DNA of 61,076 bases, counting the filler. It is 7 parts of 7 records of this genome, joined end to end, with 100 filler letters (N's around TTAATTAATTAA, not from the genome) between each part and the next. Parts side by side here need not be neighbours in the genome. Positions count along the whole stretch, not along the records: positions 31,184 to 39,882 come from SRR31156797_26133; positions 39,983 to 45,595 come from SRR31156797_26140; 5 more parts are not named here. The stretch is one strand, 5' to 3'. The first letter of the stretch is position 1. The number at the start of each line of letters is the position of its first letter. Under the pieces are notes generated by a model that saw only the letters and a program-made list of their open reading frames with translations, did not search any database and was not told where the DNA came from. A program made the translations under genes and the position numbers. Positions 31,960 through 42,508 of the stretch are shown in pieces.

Positions 31960-32305
31960 CGACGAACAACTGGCCCGCTTCACGGTGCGGGAAATTCTGG
32001 AAACGGCCGGCCACGACGTGGTCGAGGCGAAAAACGGCAACCAAGGCGTCGCCTTTCAGCAGGCCAACTGCTTCGACATCGTCGTAACCGACATCATCAT
32101 GCCGGAGAAGGAAGGCGTCGAGACGATCATCGAGTTGAAACGCGATTTCCCCGACCTGCCGATCATCGCCATCTCCGGCGGCGGCAGGACACGCAACCTG
32201 GATTTCCTGGAAATCGCCAAACAGTACGGGGCCAATACCGTTCTCGCCAAGCCCTTCTCCGAGGAAGAGCTGCTGGGCGCCGTCGACGCCTGCCTACCGA
32301 ACTAA
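31937..32305 (+). CDS. Single-domain response regulator
   Basis: [29 protein letters not shown]; start ATG 31937. Confidence 0.92.
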   Translation: MARVLVIDDEQLARFTVREILETAGHDVVEAKNGNQGVAFQQANCFDIVVTDIIMPEKEGVETIIELKRDFPDLPIIAISGGGRTRNLDFLEIAKQYGANTVLAKPFSEEELLGAVDACLPN

Positions 32306-32354
32306 AATCGCCAACGCGCGGCCGAAAGGCATCCGGACCCTTTCGCCGCTGCAA

Positions 32355-33806
32355 ATGGAGGCCGCATTGGCCGCAGATACGACGATCGAGAAAGCAATGC
32401 CGCGAAACATAAAAAACGAGGCCGCAGGCGCCCGCCAAAAAGCGCCTCCGGCGCGATCCGCACCGCCGAGCCCGAAACAGGACGACGAACTGAACAAGTT
32501 CGAAAATCGCCTGGGTCAGATTCTGGCACGCAGCCATCAATCCGTCGACGACAGGGTGTTCGTCATCGGCTTCGAAAGCTGGCGCGCCCGGTTGGGCGAC
32601 AAATGGGACCGTCTGCGGGACAAGGTTCACGCCACGGTCAAGGCGATTCTCGATCAACGCCTGTCGGAACACAGCCTCTACGTCCAACGGGATGAAAATT
32701 CTTACGTTATCGTCATGACCGGCGCCACCGCCCGCGAAGCGCAATTGCGCTGCCGGATCATCGCCAACGAAATCAAGGAACGTCTGGCCGGACGCGAAAG
32801 CAAGACGGAAATCGCCGACATTCAATCGGCCGAGGTCAACGCCGACGGCACCCTCCATTTGCAGGATCTGCCGCCGATGCAGGACATGCTGGAGCAATTG
32901 CCGGCGGAAGTTTCGGAAACGGCGCCGGGCGCCGAGACGGTCGCCCCCGGTTTTCTCAAGGATGGCGGCAGTGCCGGGCTCGAAAAGGTCAGGTTCATCT
33001 ATCGCCCGATGCTGGCGGTCCGCACGAAGGTTCTTTCGACCTTCATTTCCCTGCCGATCCGGCAGGTCCACAAGGAATTCTTTCTGTCCGGATATGCCGT
33101 CTTGGGGCAAAAAGCCAGCACACGGGAGTTTCTGGAACTCGACCGCCTGACCGCCCATCACGTCGGCCGGGACCTGCAGCGGTTGGTGAGCCGGGGCGCC
33201 AAGTCCCTGCTGGCGCTGCCGGTGCACTATGAAACCCTTGCCGACAATCGAACGCGGGCAGCCTACCTCGGTCTTTGCGCCAGCGAATTCCACGACATGA
33301 GCGATCGCATCGTGTTCGAACTGGTCGGCCTGCCCGATGGCTTTCCGCAGGTCCGCCTGGCCGAAGTGGTGTCGCTTTTGCGCCCCTATGGCCGTGCCGT
33401 CATTGCCCGGTTCGCGGTGACGCGGCGCAACTTCGAAGGTTTTCGCATCGGCGGCCTGCATGCCGTCGGCATCGACCTCTACAACAACGCCACGCGCGAA
33501 GAAACCCTGATGCGGGACGTCGAGGAGTTCGCGCTGGCCGCCAACAAAGCCAATCTGAAATCCTTCGCCCTCGGGGTCCGCTCGATCAGCCTTTACACGG
33601 CGATCGTTGCCGCCGGCTTCGACTACGCGGCGGGGCACGCGCTGACCTCGATCGCCGAATCGCCCGACAATGCCTGCGTCTTCAGGATGGACTCGCCCTA
33701 CCACGCGGTTCTCAACGCGGCCCAAACCGATGACAACCGGAAACCGACCTTCTCGGACGAGGACGATCTGCTCAATCCCGAAACCCCTTCAAAGCCAGAA
33801 AGGTAA
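32355..33806 (+). CDS. Degenerate GGDEF/EAL-like protein
   Basis: RFIYRPML, ELDRL, IVFEL, ALGV, GFDYAAG resemble the EAL scaffold but lack the EAL and DDFG motifs. Confidence 0.55.
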   Translation: MEAALAADTTIEKAMPRNIKNEAAGARQKAPPARSAPPSPKQDDELNKFENRLGQILARSHQSVDDRVFVIGFESWRARLGDKWDRLRDKVHATVKAILDQRLSEHSLYVQRDENSYVIVMTGATAREAQLRCRIIANEIKERLAGRESKTEIADIQSAEVNADGTLHLQDLPPMQDMLEQLPAEVSETAPGAETVAPGFLKDGGSAGLEKVRFIYRPMLAVRTKVLSTFISLPIRQVHKEFFLSGYAVLGQKASTREFLELDRLTAHHVGRDLQRLVSRGAKSLLALPVHYETLADNRTRAAYLGLCASEFHDMSDRIVFELVGLPDGFPQVRLAEVVSLLRPYGRAVIARFAVTRRNFEGFRIGGLHAVGIDLYNNATREETLMRDVEEFALAANKANLKSFALGVRSISLYTAIVAAGFDYAAGHALTSIAESPDNACVFRMDSPYHAVLNAAQTDDNRKPTFSDEDDLLNPETPSKPER

Positions 33807-33810
33807 TCCG

Positions 33811-34908
33811 ATGGCCGTGCAATCAATTAAGCTAGAACCGGACTTCTCGGGGTGCGAACCGGGGTCTTTGGCCGAATGTTTTTGGCGGCTGCTGCAGACT
33901 TGCGCGGTCGATCCGAACCTTCACGAAAGGTTCCGTATCTACGGGCCGGACAGCGGCGAAATAGAGCTTTCCGAAGAAGGGTTCGCCCTCACCCTTTCCG
34001 ACGGATACGTCCTCGTCTTCGATCCCGATTACGACATCCCGGTCTCCAAAGACCGTTGCCTGGAGATCCTCGCCGTCGGCCCCCGCGACATCACGGTTAA
34101 AATACCGCAAGCCGAAAAAACCGATGTGTCCCTGCGCTCCGAACTGACCGTAATGGCCGACCCCGAGCATATCTTCGCGCCGATTTGGGACGTCGGCGCC
34201 AACCAGTTGTACTGCTACGTCACCCGGTTGCTGTGGAACGGACCGGGCGGCCGGCAGATTTCCGAACAATCCGTCGAATCCTTCGGCATCTCGCTGGATC
34301 GCCTTCTGGCCGTCGACTTGGACGCGGCGGCGCGAACGGTTGAAACACTCCAGCAAACGCCGGAAGCGTTCGGCGCCGGCGCCTTTGCCATACCGGTCCA
34401 CCCGAAAGTCCTGGAAGAAGCGGCCGGCCGCTGGAACGACGAGATGTGGAGCCTCGCCCTGCCCGTCCTCGATCAGATCATCTTCGAGATCGTTCTCGAC
34501 TACACCACCCCGGCCAACGGCCAGGTCGAAACCGCCGTCGCCGTTCTTCAGGATTTCGGGCGCCCCATTCTTCTGCGCACCGGTCCGGGAGTCGATAAAA
34601 TCGGATCGGCTTCGCGTCTGCCGGTCGACGCGGTCGGCTTCGATGGCGGCCCCCTCGCCCGGGCCCATTGCGATGTGGCCGGTTTCGACGCCTATTCCGC
34701 GGCAACCGAAAACGGCATGCCCAACTATGTGCTGGGGCTGACGTCGGTCGCTCCGACGGCCGCCGCCATCAGCGCCGGTTTCGCCTATGTCGGAAGCGAC
34801 GCCATTTCGCCATCCTCCCGTTGCGAGACCGCCGGTGGCGTTTCCGACGATCCGGCGGCGCTGCTCAGAACATTGATCGCGCATCGCTCTGCGGCAAGCC
34901 GCTTTTAA
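33811..34908 (+). CDS. Hypothetical protein with a degenerate EAL-like C-terminal domain
   Basis: FAPIWD, IIFEI, YVLGL, GFAYVG parallel the preceding ORF. Confidence 0.5.
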   Translation: MAVQSIKLEPDFSGCEPGSLAECFWRLLQTCAVDPNLHERFRIYGPDSGEIELSEEGFALTLSDGYVLVFDPDYDIPVSKDRCLEILAVGPRDITVKIPQAEKTDVSLRSELTVMADPEHIFAPIWDVGANQLYCYVTRLLWNGPGGRQISEQSVESFGISLDRLLAVDLDAAARTVETLQQTPEAFGAGAFAIPVHPKVLEEAAGRWNDEMWSLALPVLDQIIFEIVLDYTTPANGQVETAVAVLQDFGRPILLRTGPGVDKIGSASRLPVDAVGFDGGPLARAHCDVAGFDAYSAATENGMPNYVLGLTSVAPTAAAISAGFAYVGSDAISPSSRCETAGGVSDDPAALLRTLIAHRSAASRF

Positions 34909-34918
34909 GGGACACGCC

Positions 34919-35929
34919 ATGGGTTTTCTTTCGGTTTCCATCGACCTGTCGGGATCGACCCAGGCCAAACAGGCCATCGTCGCGTCGACCGAAGGCAACG
35001 CCGACCGTCGCGCCGCCTACTACGCCGATTACCTTCGGCTTCTCTATTCGACCGAGCGGGATTTCTATCGCGGCCTGATGAACCGGCCACTGTTCCGGCT
35101 CAAGGATCTGTTCCTGGTCAAGATGATCGGCGATGAATTCTGGTGGGTCTACGAAACCCAGAACGACAGCCCGGAGCATATAACGGCCATCGCCACCGCC
35201 TTTTTCTCGACCATCCTGGACCTGTTTGCGATGGACCGGTACCTGACCCTGAGCCTCGATTGCGACCAGCCGGAGGAATCGTTTTCCGATCACCCGATCC
35301 GGCAGTTCAATCTGCCGCTCAAGGCCTATATAGACCACATCGAAGAAGCAACCGAACTAAGCACGGCGCGCTACGAATACCTCAAGGATGTGATCACCAT
35401 GTCCGAGGGTTATCCGGCCACGGTCTATCGCGTCGACGAACGCTTCGCATCCATGTGCAACCGGCTCAATCTGGGCTCCGCCACCGAGCCGGGAAACGGC
35501 CGGCGCGTCACCCCGCGAAAGGACTATATCGGACTGGAGGTCGACCGCTATTTCCGGCTGACCGGCTGTTGCAAACCATCCCTGCTTGGCATCGGCGAAC
35601 AGTTGATGCGGCGCCTGCCCCATTCCATTGATGCCCCGGCAAGCGCGCCGGAAGGGGTCGGCATCGGCGTCCTCGATATTCCGCTGGCCTGGGATGAAAG
35701 CGGTACCGACGAGGGCTTCCGCAAGTACGCCATCGTCGAAACGGTGCAATCCCAATCGATGAAAGGGATCAGTGCCGACTATACGGTCAACCACATATTC
35801 GGAGCCGCCAGCCTGGGCGAAGACATCTACGCGCCGCCGCCGGCCATCGAAACCCTGCTGGCGCCGACCCAGGCGTTCCTGGCCGAGCACGGATTTTTTG
35901 CGCTCAACCGCGAAACGCTGCTGCAATGA
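34919..35929 (+). CDS. Class III nucleotidyl cyclase-like protein
   Basis: SIDLSGST, KMIGDEFW, DYIGLEVDRYFRL, MKGI. Confidence 0.6.
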   Translation: MGFLSVSIDLSGSTQAKQAIVASTEGNADRRAAYYADYLRLLYSTERDFYRGLMNRPLFRLKDLFLVKMIGDEFWWVYETQNDSPEHITAIATAFFSTILDLFAMDRYLTLSLDCDQPEESFSDHPIRQFNLPLKAYIDHIEEATELSTARYEYLKDVITMSEGYPATVYRVDERFASMCNRLNLGSATEPGNGRRVTPRKDYIGLEVDRYFRLTGCCKPSLLGIGEQLMRRLPHSIDAPASAPEGVGIGVLDIPLAWDESGTDEGFRKYAIVETVQSQSMKGISADYTVNHIFGAASLGEDIYAPPPAIETLLAPTQAFLAEHGFFALNRETLLQ

Positions 35930-35971
35930 GTGCCGGAGGCGAGGGCCTTTCGGGGCCCGCCTGCCTCCGGC

Positions 35972-37183
35972 TCAATACCCCTTGGTTTCCCGCGCCAAAA
36001 GATGGCTGCGCAAGGCGTCGCGAAAAACCGGCAGGGCGGCGCCGAGGATTTCGTCGTCGGCGCCCGGTCGCGCCGCGTGCAGCGATACCCGGCCCTTTGC
36101 ATAAACCGGCAGGCGTTGGCGGAAAACCGCTTCCAGGCGTTGCATGATGGCACCGTCCTGAACGAACGGGCCGGTCAGGATGATGCGGTCCGGGAAAAAG
36201 GCCAGATAGAGGTTGCCGAGGGAACGCGCGAAAACCTCGGTCGCGTTTCGAACGGCCGGATGGGCGGCCAGATCGTTGGTGCGCAGAAAACGTTCGAAAG
36301 CCCATTCCTCGGCCGGGGCATTGGCGTGATCGCGCCGGATCTGCGGCAACAGCGCCCACAGGGCCGCTTCGGTTTCCAGGCAGCCGTCCTGTCCGCAGAT
36401 GCAGGGCCGGGAATTCTCGCCGGCCGTCTTCCAATGTCCGAACTCGCCCAAGCTACCGACCGCTGAATTGAGCACGTGGCCGTCGCGGGCCAGGGCCGAA
36501 CCGATGCCATGGCCCCAATGGACGAACAGGATATTGGCGTGGCGTTCGTCGGCGCGGCGCTGCAACCGGGCCCGCAGTTCCAGATTGAGGTTGCGCTCGA
36601 TGCGGATCGGCAGGTTGCAATGATCGGCCAGGTCGTCGAACGTCATGTCGGCCATGCGCGGCCAGCGCGACGCGTAGACCCAGCGGCCGCCTTCCGAATC
36701 GACGATGCCGGGCACCGAAATGGCAATGCCGGGCACGTGCGAACCGGGCGGCACATTGCTCAACAGCGAGGTTGCGACCTGCCGGAAGGCTTTCGACAGT
36801 CCCCCGTTGTCGGCCTGTTCGAGATCGACCCGCAGGGCATGTTCGATGCGGATTTCGCCGTTGATGTCGAGAAGAACGCCCCGAATGTCGTGGGAAACCA
36901 CATGGATCACCAGAACCATTTGACGGTCCGGCACCAAATTCAGGAAAATCTCGGGCCGGCCTTTTCGTGCCGTCGTCGCCGCGCGACCTTCCGAAACCAG
37001 GCCGTCTTCGATCAGTTCCTTGACAAGCGCCGTCACCGTCGACGGACGGATACCGAATTGCTTGGCCAAGCGTTTGCGGGTGGCGTGATCGGTTTCGCCG
37101 ACGGCAAAAAACAGCCGGGCCTTCTGACGGTCGGTCTCGCGCGCCTCGTTGGTTTGGTGGATGTCGTCGAAAGCTACCAGCAT
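35972..37183 (-). CDS. ROK family transcriptional regulator
   Basis: N-terminal HTH, KGRP, GHGIGS, GEFGH, CICGQDGCLE. Confidence 0.9.
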   Translation of the reverse strand: MLVAFDDIHQTNEARETDRQKARLFFAVGETDHATRKRLAKQFGIRPSTVTALVKELIEDGLVSEGRAATTARKGRPEIFLNLVPDRQMVLVIHVVSHDIRGVLLDINGEIRIEHALRVDLEQADNGGLSKAFRQVATSLLSNVPPGSHVPGIAISVPGIVDSEGGRWVYASRWPRMADMTFDDLADHCNLPIRIERNLNLELRARLQRRADERHANILFVHWGHGIGSALARDGHVLNSAVGSLGEFGHWKTAGENSRPCICGQDGCLETEAALWALLPQIRRDHANAPAEEWAFERFLRTNDLAAHPAVRNATEVFARSLGNLYLAFFPDRIILTGPFVQDGAIMQRLEAVFRQRLPVYAKGRVSLHAARPGADDEILGAALPVFRDALRSHLLARETKGY

Positions 37184-37374
37184 GGTGGGTCTTTCTTTAA
37201 CCCCAACGTCCTTTTGTCAATGCATCCGCTGACAGGATGTCGCAACATCCTTATGGACATATAATTAATTACAGTTTATGTTATTAAATGCAATGGCCGA
37301 TGCGGTGTCCTATCCTCAGGCACCGTTTAGCGGCTGGGAGAATCCGTCAAAACGTCAAACAGGGTGAAGCCATC

Positions 37375-38364
37375 ATGAGAAAATTCAGCCAACTTGCCTT
37401 CGGCGCCGCTGCAATTGTGGCGCTGGGGATTGCCTCCGACGGTTGGGCCAAGGATCTGCGCCTCGGGCATATCCGGGCGACCAACCATCCGACCCACGTA
37501 GCGGCCTTGAAGTTCAAGGAGATTGTGGAAGCCGAATCGAAGGGCGCCTATTCGGTCAAGGTCTACCCCAACAGCCAATTGGGCGGCCCGAAGGAAATGT
37601 TCGTGCAGTTGCAGACCGGGGATCTGGAAATGGTCTACGGCGGCATCAACACGTTTGCCTGGATCAAGGGCGCCGAGGCCTTCGAAATCACCGCCATACC
37701 GTTCCTGTTCCGCGATTACGACCACATGAAGAAATCGCTGGACGCCGATTTCTTCAAGCCGATCCTCGCCGCCGCCGAAGAGGAAACCGGCATCAAGGTC
37801 GTCGCCATGAGCGGCGACACCACCCCGCGCGGCCTCAGCACCAAAGGCCATGCGGTCAAAAGCGCGGCCGACTTCAAGGGTCTGAAGATCCGCACCGCCG
37901 CCAGCCCGACCGTGCTGCGCGCCATGAAGACGCTTGGCGCCCTGCCGCAGCAGGTGCCCTTCGCCGAGCTTTACATGGCGCTCAAGACCGGTGTCGTCGA
38001 CGCCCAGGAAAACGGCGCCATGGTGGTCTGGGCGAAAAGCCTGCACGAGGTCCAGGACTACTACGTCAAGACCGACTACATCCGCGATATCGAGACCTTC
38101 TATATGTCCGGCGACATCTGGGCCGAACTGCCGCAGGCCGATCGCGACATGATCGCCAAGGCGGCGGAAACCGCCGGCGCCTATGAAACCGAAGTCCTGC
38201 AAAAGGAAATGGGCGAGGTCTATGACAATCTACGCACGAAAATGACCGTCATCGACCAACCCGACCTTGCCAGCATCCGCCAGGCACTGACCGGCGCCTT
38301 CGACGATTTCGAAGGGAAAAAATGGCCGAAAGGTCTGATTGCCAAAATTTCCGACGTAAAATAG
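37375..38364 (+). CDS. dctP: TRAP transporter substrate-binding protein DctP
   Basis: Signal peptide, VYPNSQLG, FKGLKIR, ELYMALKTGVVDAQEN. Confidence 0.92.
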   Translation: MRKFSQLAFGAAAIVALGIASDGWAKDLRLGHIRATNHPTHVAALKFKEIVEAESKGAYSVKVYPNSQLGGPKEMFVQLQTGDLEMVYGGINTFAWIKGAEAFEITAIPFLFRDYDHMKKSLDADFFKPILAAAEEETGIKVVAMSGDTTPRGLSTKGHAVKSAADFKGLKIRTAASPTVLRAMKTLGALPQQVPFAELYMALKTGVVDAQENGAMVVWAKSLHEVQDYYVKTDYIRDIETFYMSGDIWAELPQADRDMIAKAAETAGAYETEVLQKEMGEVYDNLRTKMTVIDQPDLASIRQALTGAFDDFEGKKWPKGLIAKISDVK

Positions 38365-38437
38365 ACCGCTTGCGGGGAGGGCTCGACCGACCGGCCCTCC
38401 CCGCCCCATTTTCTTTAATCCCTTCGCGAGGCCCACC

Positions 38438-39718
38438 GTGATCGTTCTTCTGTTCCTGATGATGTTCGGTCTTGTCGCCTTCGGCATGAGCATCTGGCTG
38501 GCGATGGGGATCAGTGCCGTCCTCTATATTCTGATCAACGGCGAAATGTCGTTGCGGCTGGTCGCCTCGACCATGGTCGGCGGCGTCGATTCGACGACCC
38601 TGGTGGCCATTCCTTTTTTCATTCTCGCCGGCGATTTGATGAACCGGGCCGGCATCACCCGCAAGCTGACCGACTTGGCCGATTATTTCATCGGCCGCTT
38701 CAAGGGCGGGCTGGCCTATGTCGCGGTGGCCGTCAACGTCATCGTCGCCGGGGTTTCCGGTTCCGCCGTCGCCGATGCCAGCGCCGTTTCCTCGGTCCTG
38801 CTGCCGACCATGCGCCAACGCGGCTACGACAAGCCCTTCGCCGCCTCCGTCAACGGCGCGGCGGCGGTGATCGGGCCGATCATCCCGCCCAGCATTCCGA
38901 TGATCTTCATCGGCGTCATCAGCGGCATTTCGATCGGTAAGCTGTTTCTCGGCGGCCTCGTGCCGGGCCTGATGATGGGCGCCGCGCTGGTCGTCCTGAT
39001 CGCCATCATGACCCGGAAGCGGAATTATCCGGTCGTCCATCACAAGCTGGCCTGGCCGACGCTGTGGCCGCTACTCCGGGATTCGTTCTTCGCCCTGATG
39101 GCGCCGTTGATCATCCTGTTCGGGGTCATTTTCGGGGTCGTCACGCTGGTCGAGGTATCGGTTCTGGCGATCCTCTACATCCTCGCCATTTCGCTGTTCG
39201 TCTATCGGTCGATCACCTGGCGCGACATCCCGGGCATCTTCCGGCATTCGGCGATTTTTTCGGCCTCGATCATGATCATCTTCGCGGTCGTCGGGCTCTA
39301 TCAGTACATCGTCGCCTACGAACAGGTCGGCGAACATCTGGGCGCGCTGCTGCCGGCGCTGAACCTGAACCGGTTCTGGTTCCTGCTGTTCGTCAACATC
39401 TTTTTCCTGCTGATGGGCTGCATCCTCGATGCCGTTCCGGTCATGCTGATCTTTTTCCCGGTGCTGCTGCCGGTCGCGGTGACGCTGGGCATCGATCCGA
39501 CGCATTTCGGCGTCATCGTCGTCATGAACCTGATGATCGGCCTGCTGACACCGCCGATCGGCGTCCTGCTGTTCCTGGAAGCCAAGATCGCCGACATGGG
39601 CTTCGACGAACTGGTCCGCAGCATCTGGCCGTTCACGCTGATGCTGATCGCGGTCCTTTTGCTGTGCACCTACATTCCGGAACTCGTGACCTGGGTTCCC
39701 GGACTGGTTTTCGGTTGA
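38438..39718 (+). CDS. dctM: TRAP transporter large permease DctM
   Basis: AIPFFILAGDLM, SGSAVAD, IIPPSIP, GLLTPPIG. Confidence 0.93.
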   Translation: MIVLLFLMMFGLVAFGMSIWLAMGISAVLYILINGEMSLRLVASTMVGGVDSTTLVAIPFFILAGDLMNRAGITRKLTDLADYFIGRFKGGLAYVAVAVNVIVAGVSGSAVADASAVSSVLLPTMRQRGYDKPFAASVNGAAAVIGPIIPPSIPMIFIGVISGISIGKLFLGGLVPGLMMGAALVVLIAIMTRKRNYPVVHHKLAWPTLWPLLRDSFFALMAPLIILFGVIFGVVTLVEVSVLAILYILAISLFVYRSITWRDIPGIFRHSAIFSASIMIIFAVVGLYQYIVAYEQVGEHLGALLPALNLNRFWFLLFVNIFFLLMGCILDAVPVMLIFFPVLLPVAVTLGIDPTHFGVIVVMNLMIGLLTPPIGVLLFLEAKIADMGFDELVRSIWPFTLMLIAVLLLCTYIPELVTWVPGLVFG

Positions 39719-39734
39719 GCGGAGGCAGGCAGAC

Positions 39735-39882
39735 ATGAACATCAGATCCTGGCTCAACACCCTGGCACAGGGACTCGGCTGGATTGTCGGCGGCCTCTTC
39801 CTGGTCATTTTCTGTCTCTACGTCGTGCAGATCTCGCTGCGCTACGTGTGGGGCGAAACCTGGCTGTGGACGCCCGATTTCA
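39735..39882 (+). CDS. dctQ: TRAP small permease DctQ, truncated
   Basis: VQISLRYV..W motif after dctM. Confidence 0.75.
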
Positions 39883-39982
39883 NNNNNNNNNNNNNNNNNN
39901 NNNNNNNNNNNNNNNNNNNNNNNNNNTTAATTAATTAANNNNNNNNNNNNNNNNNNNNNNNNNNNNNNNNNNNNNNNNNNNN
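39883..39982. other. Artificial contig linker
   Basis: N44-TTAATTAATTAA-N44. Confidence 0.98.
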
Positions 39983-40008
39983 GGTTAGCGTAGCGTAACC
40001 CAACCTAC
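39983..40008 (-). repeat. GTAG-type REP element, truncated at the contig end
   Basis: Minus strand GTAGGTTGGGTTACGCTACGCTAACC: GTAG head plus palindrome. Confidence 0.55.
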
Positions 40009-40029
40009 AGGACGCATGCCAAATCCTTT

Positions 40030-40692
40030 CTATTGGTTGTTGAAGGCAGCCCCTTGCCGCTTCAGACTTTCAATGCCGGACACGGCCCTTATCAGGGCTT
40101 TGGAATAATGATCCACTTGTCCGGGGCCGTTATAAATCCTGGCAAACGATCGCCAGTCCTTGTTCCTTATTTCATCAAGCAACCGGTTGGCTTTTATGAA
40201 CCCGAAAAAACCGTCTACCTGCTCCAGGCAGCTATCCTGGAAAGCCAGGGCCATTTCACGGGCGTTTCCATGCCTGGTGGTCAGCCAGTTGAAACCCATG
40301 ATCTGAGGCAGCCCCCAGCTGGTGCTTTCAAGGGCGGCTTCAGGATTTAATTTAAAAGCCCGCGTAAGGTTGCGCCATTCAGACTTTTGACCGTTGCGCC
40401 AAACTTTCACGCGCCGGTCGGTCTTGCGTCTGAATACGTGAGGTTCAAAACGGATTATGACCAGGCCGTCCAAACCATAGGCCCGGCCTGATTCCACGGC
40501 GAATACAGCCAGGGCGGATTCAACCGGCAGACAGGCGCCTTCAGCCTGTACCGCGATCCCTTTTCCGTAATCGTTCCATAAGGAAATAATCCTCCTTTCC
40601 ATGGCCGTCCGTCCCCGCATTCCAATCGGAACGTCCGGCTGTGCAGTAGGCTGACGGGCAGCCCTGAATTCCATGTCGCCGACAGTTTTCAT
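40030..40692 (-). CDS. Phage endolysin, N-acetylmuramidase (DUF3380)
   Basis: AVESG, IRFEPHVF, STSWGLPQIMGFN, WRSFARIYNGP. Confidence 0.88.
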   Translation of the reverse strand: MKTVGDMEFRAARQPTAQPDVPIGMRGRTAMERRIISLWNDYGKGIAVQAEGACLPVESALAVFAVESGRAYGLDGLVIIRFEPHVFRRKTDRRVKVWRNGQKSEWRNLTRAFKLNPEAALESTSWGLPQIMGFNWLTTRHGNAREMALAFQDSCLEQVDGFFGFIKANRLLDEIRNKDWRSFARIYNGPGQVDHYSKALIRAVSGIESLKRQGAAFNNQ

Positions 40693-40707
40693 TTTTCCTC
40701 CCACATT

Positions 40708-40971
40708 TTATTGCCGCTGGCTCAACCAGCCCACGGCCACGGAAAGCAAGGCGGTCAGTATAGCCACGCCCCGGTTGAAAAAGGATTGGTCCTTTTTCAT
40801 AACCGCCTGCTCCTGTTTAATAAGGCCTACTTCGCTGACAAGACCGCCCATGCCGTTGCTTCCATGAACGGTTTTTTTCAATTCCGCATTGTCTTCGCAC
40901 GAATTTTTCAAACGCTCCTTGATAGCTGCCAGGTCGGTCAAAACCTGTTCCTGAAATTGTTTTTCAGTCAT
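40708..40971 (-). CDS. Holin-like small protein (coiled coil plus C-terminal TM)
   Basis: 87 aa with a C-terminal hydrophobic helix, immediately upstream of the endolysin. Confidence 0.55.
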   Translation of the reverse strand: MTEKQFQEQVLTDLAAIKERLKNSCEDNAELKKTVHGSNGMGGLVSEVGLIKQEQAVMKKDQSFFNRGVAILTALLSVAVGWLSQRQ

Positions 40972-40996
40972 AAAAACTCTACAGCCCCTCTAAAAC

Positions 40997-42508
40997 TCAT
41001 TTCAGCTTTGTAATTTTCATCTCCGCATAAATCTCACTCCCCAATCCGGCCGCCCGGCCCTGGCCGTTAGCGGCTTGAGTAGTATTGCATCTATGCTGCA
41101 GTTCAATTGTCGATACGGTATTCAACCTGATCATGCCCGATAAAAACGACCTGTTTTGAACATCGGCCCCGCCGGCCAGTTCGGATGTGCCAAGAAGCAG
41201 GGTTTCCGATGCCGAAACATTCCATAATCTTGTTTTATGCCCCGCAACCCTGTATGCCGGCGCAGATGCTTCAATAAAATACCGGGCGCCTGGAAGGATA
41301 ATCCGCCACGAAACGGGATCTAAAATCGCGCCGGGTATCTGGTCCGCCTGGGCGCTGTCAAGCGCACGCCTTTGCCAATCTCCGCTGGTAAAATTACCGC
41401 CGTTAGTCCCGCTGGAACGCAAATCCTGAACATGCATAATTGCACCGGAAAAACAATTATCCCGGCAGGTAAAGATGCTGTTGTCCTTTATGTTGGCGTT
41501 TGCGCCGGTTTTAAATGCTCCAATCAGTCGATGCCTTGTATAATCCGGTATAGCCGCCCTGAAATTGGCCCCGGTATTAGACGTGTCAAAGCAGACATCC
41601 GCATCTGTCCCGTCATCCTTGGCTACAGCCAATACATAGTATTGTGAATCCGAGCCCAGACTTTCTCCCGGCGCCATGCCTCCGGCGTTGTTTCCAATCG
41701 CCCAGGCAGCGTCGGCGCGTTTGCACAGGTTATTAAATGAAATATCAATCTGGTCATCTGCATCGCGGCACGCGCCGGTTATTTTAATATCGTGATCAGA
41801 GTCCGCGCCCGGCTCCAATATTATGGATGTATAGTCTGTCGGGTATTTTGTTTCGTCTATTTCAAGGGTTGCTTTGACAGCGGCCGCCGAATCGTCATCA
41901 AGTATCGATTCCGCAAAGGCCGACACCTTGGCCGCTTCAAACGCCCCCAGCGTTCCCCTGGCCGAGGACGCCGATTCATCATCAAGGACCGTTCTCATGA
42001 AAGCTGATATACCTACGCCGGCAGGCACACTTGCGGAATTGATCAAACCGTCGCCGGCTGCATTCCAGGCCAGATGCTGTCCCGCGGCAGGCGCGGGCAG
42101 TTCCAATTCTTCAAGGCTTGATGACGCCGGGACCTTGGCCGACCTTGCGACCTCCTCATTGAGCATCTGTGCAATCATGGTCAGCTTGTCAAACGCGTCT
42201 TCGACCACGTCGGCCGGGAAATCGTCATTATCCACCAGGTCCATTTCCTGGGTGGCTTCCACGTTTCGTAGAATCGTCACTTTGTGTCCGATTGCCGGCG
42301 CAACGGTTAATGATATCCGCCCTCCACCGGCGTCTCCGGCGCCGCTTACGGTATAATCGGAGCATAAAGCCAGTTCCGTATCCACCGAATCCAGGTCGGT
42401 CAGGATCACTCTAAGGTCGTCGTCCTTAAGGATTTTAAAGGTATAGTCGTACCCGGTCCCGCCGGCGCTTATGTATTGGTTTCTGGCAATGCTGGAAGAG
42501 ATAGTCAT
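40997..42508 (-). CDS. Phage tail fibre protein
   Basis: N-terminal podovirus-type attachment region (YDYTFKIL, DYTVSG, EDAFDKLTMIAQ); AAGGAG RBS. Confidence 0.8.
   Translation of the reverse strand: MTISSSIARNQYISAGGTGYDYTFKILKDDDLRVILTDLDSVDTELALCSDYTVSGAGDAGGGRISLTVAPAIGHKVTILRNVEATQEMDLVDNDDFPADVVEDAFDKLTMIAQMLNEEVARSAKVPASSSLEELELPAPAAGQHLAWNAAGDGLINSASVPAGVGISAFMRTVLDDESASSARGTLGAFEAAKVSAFAESILDDDSAAAVKATLEIDETKYPTDYTSIILEPGADSDHDIKITGACRDADDQIDISFNNLCKRADAAWAIGNNAGGMAPGESLGSDSQYYVLAVAKDDGTDADVCFDTSNTGANFRAAIPDYTRHRLIGAFKTGANANIKDNSIFTCRDNCFSGAIMHVQDLRSSGTNGGNFTSGDWQRRALDSAQADQIPGAILDPVSWRIILPGARYFIEASAPAYRVAGHKTRLWNVSASETLLLGTSELAGGADVQNRSFLSGMIRLNTVSTIELQHRCNTTQAANGQGRAAGLGSEIYAEMKITKLK

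Noticed and set aside
37375-39882. TRAP gene order dctP-dctM-dctQ
   Set aside because: Permuted TRAP orders are common; not informative.
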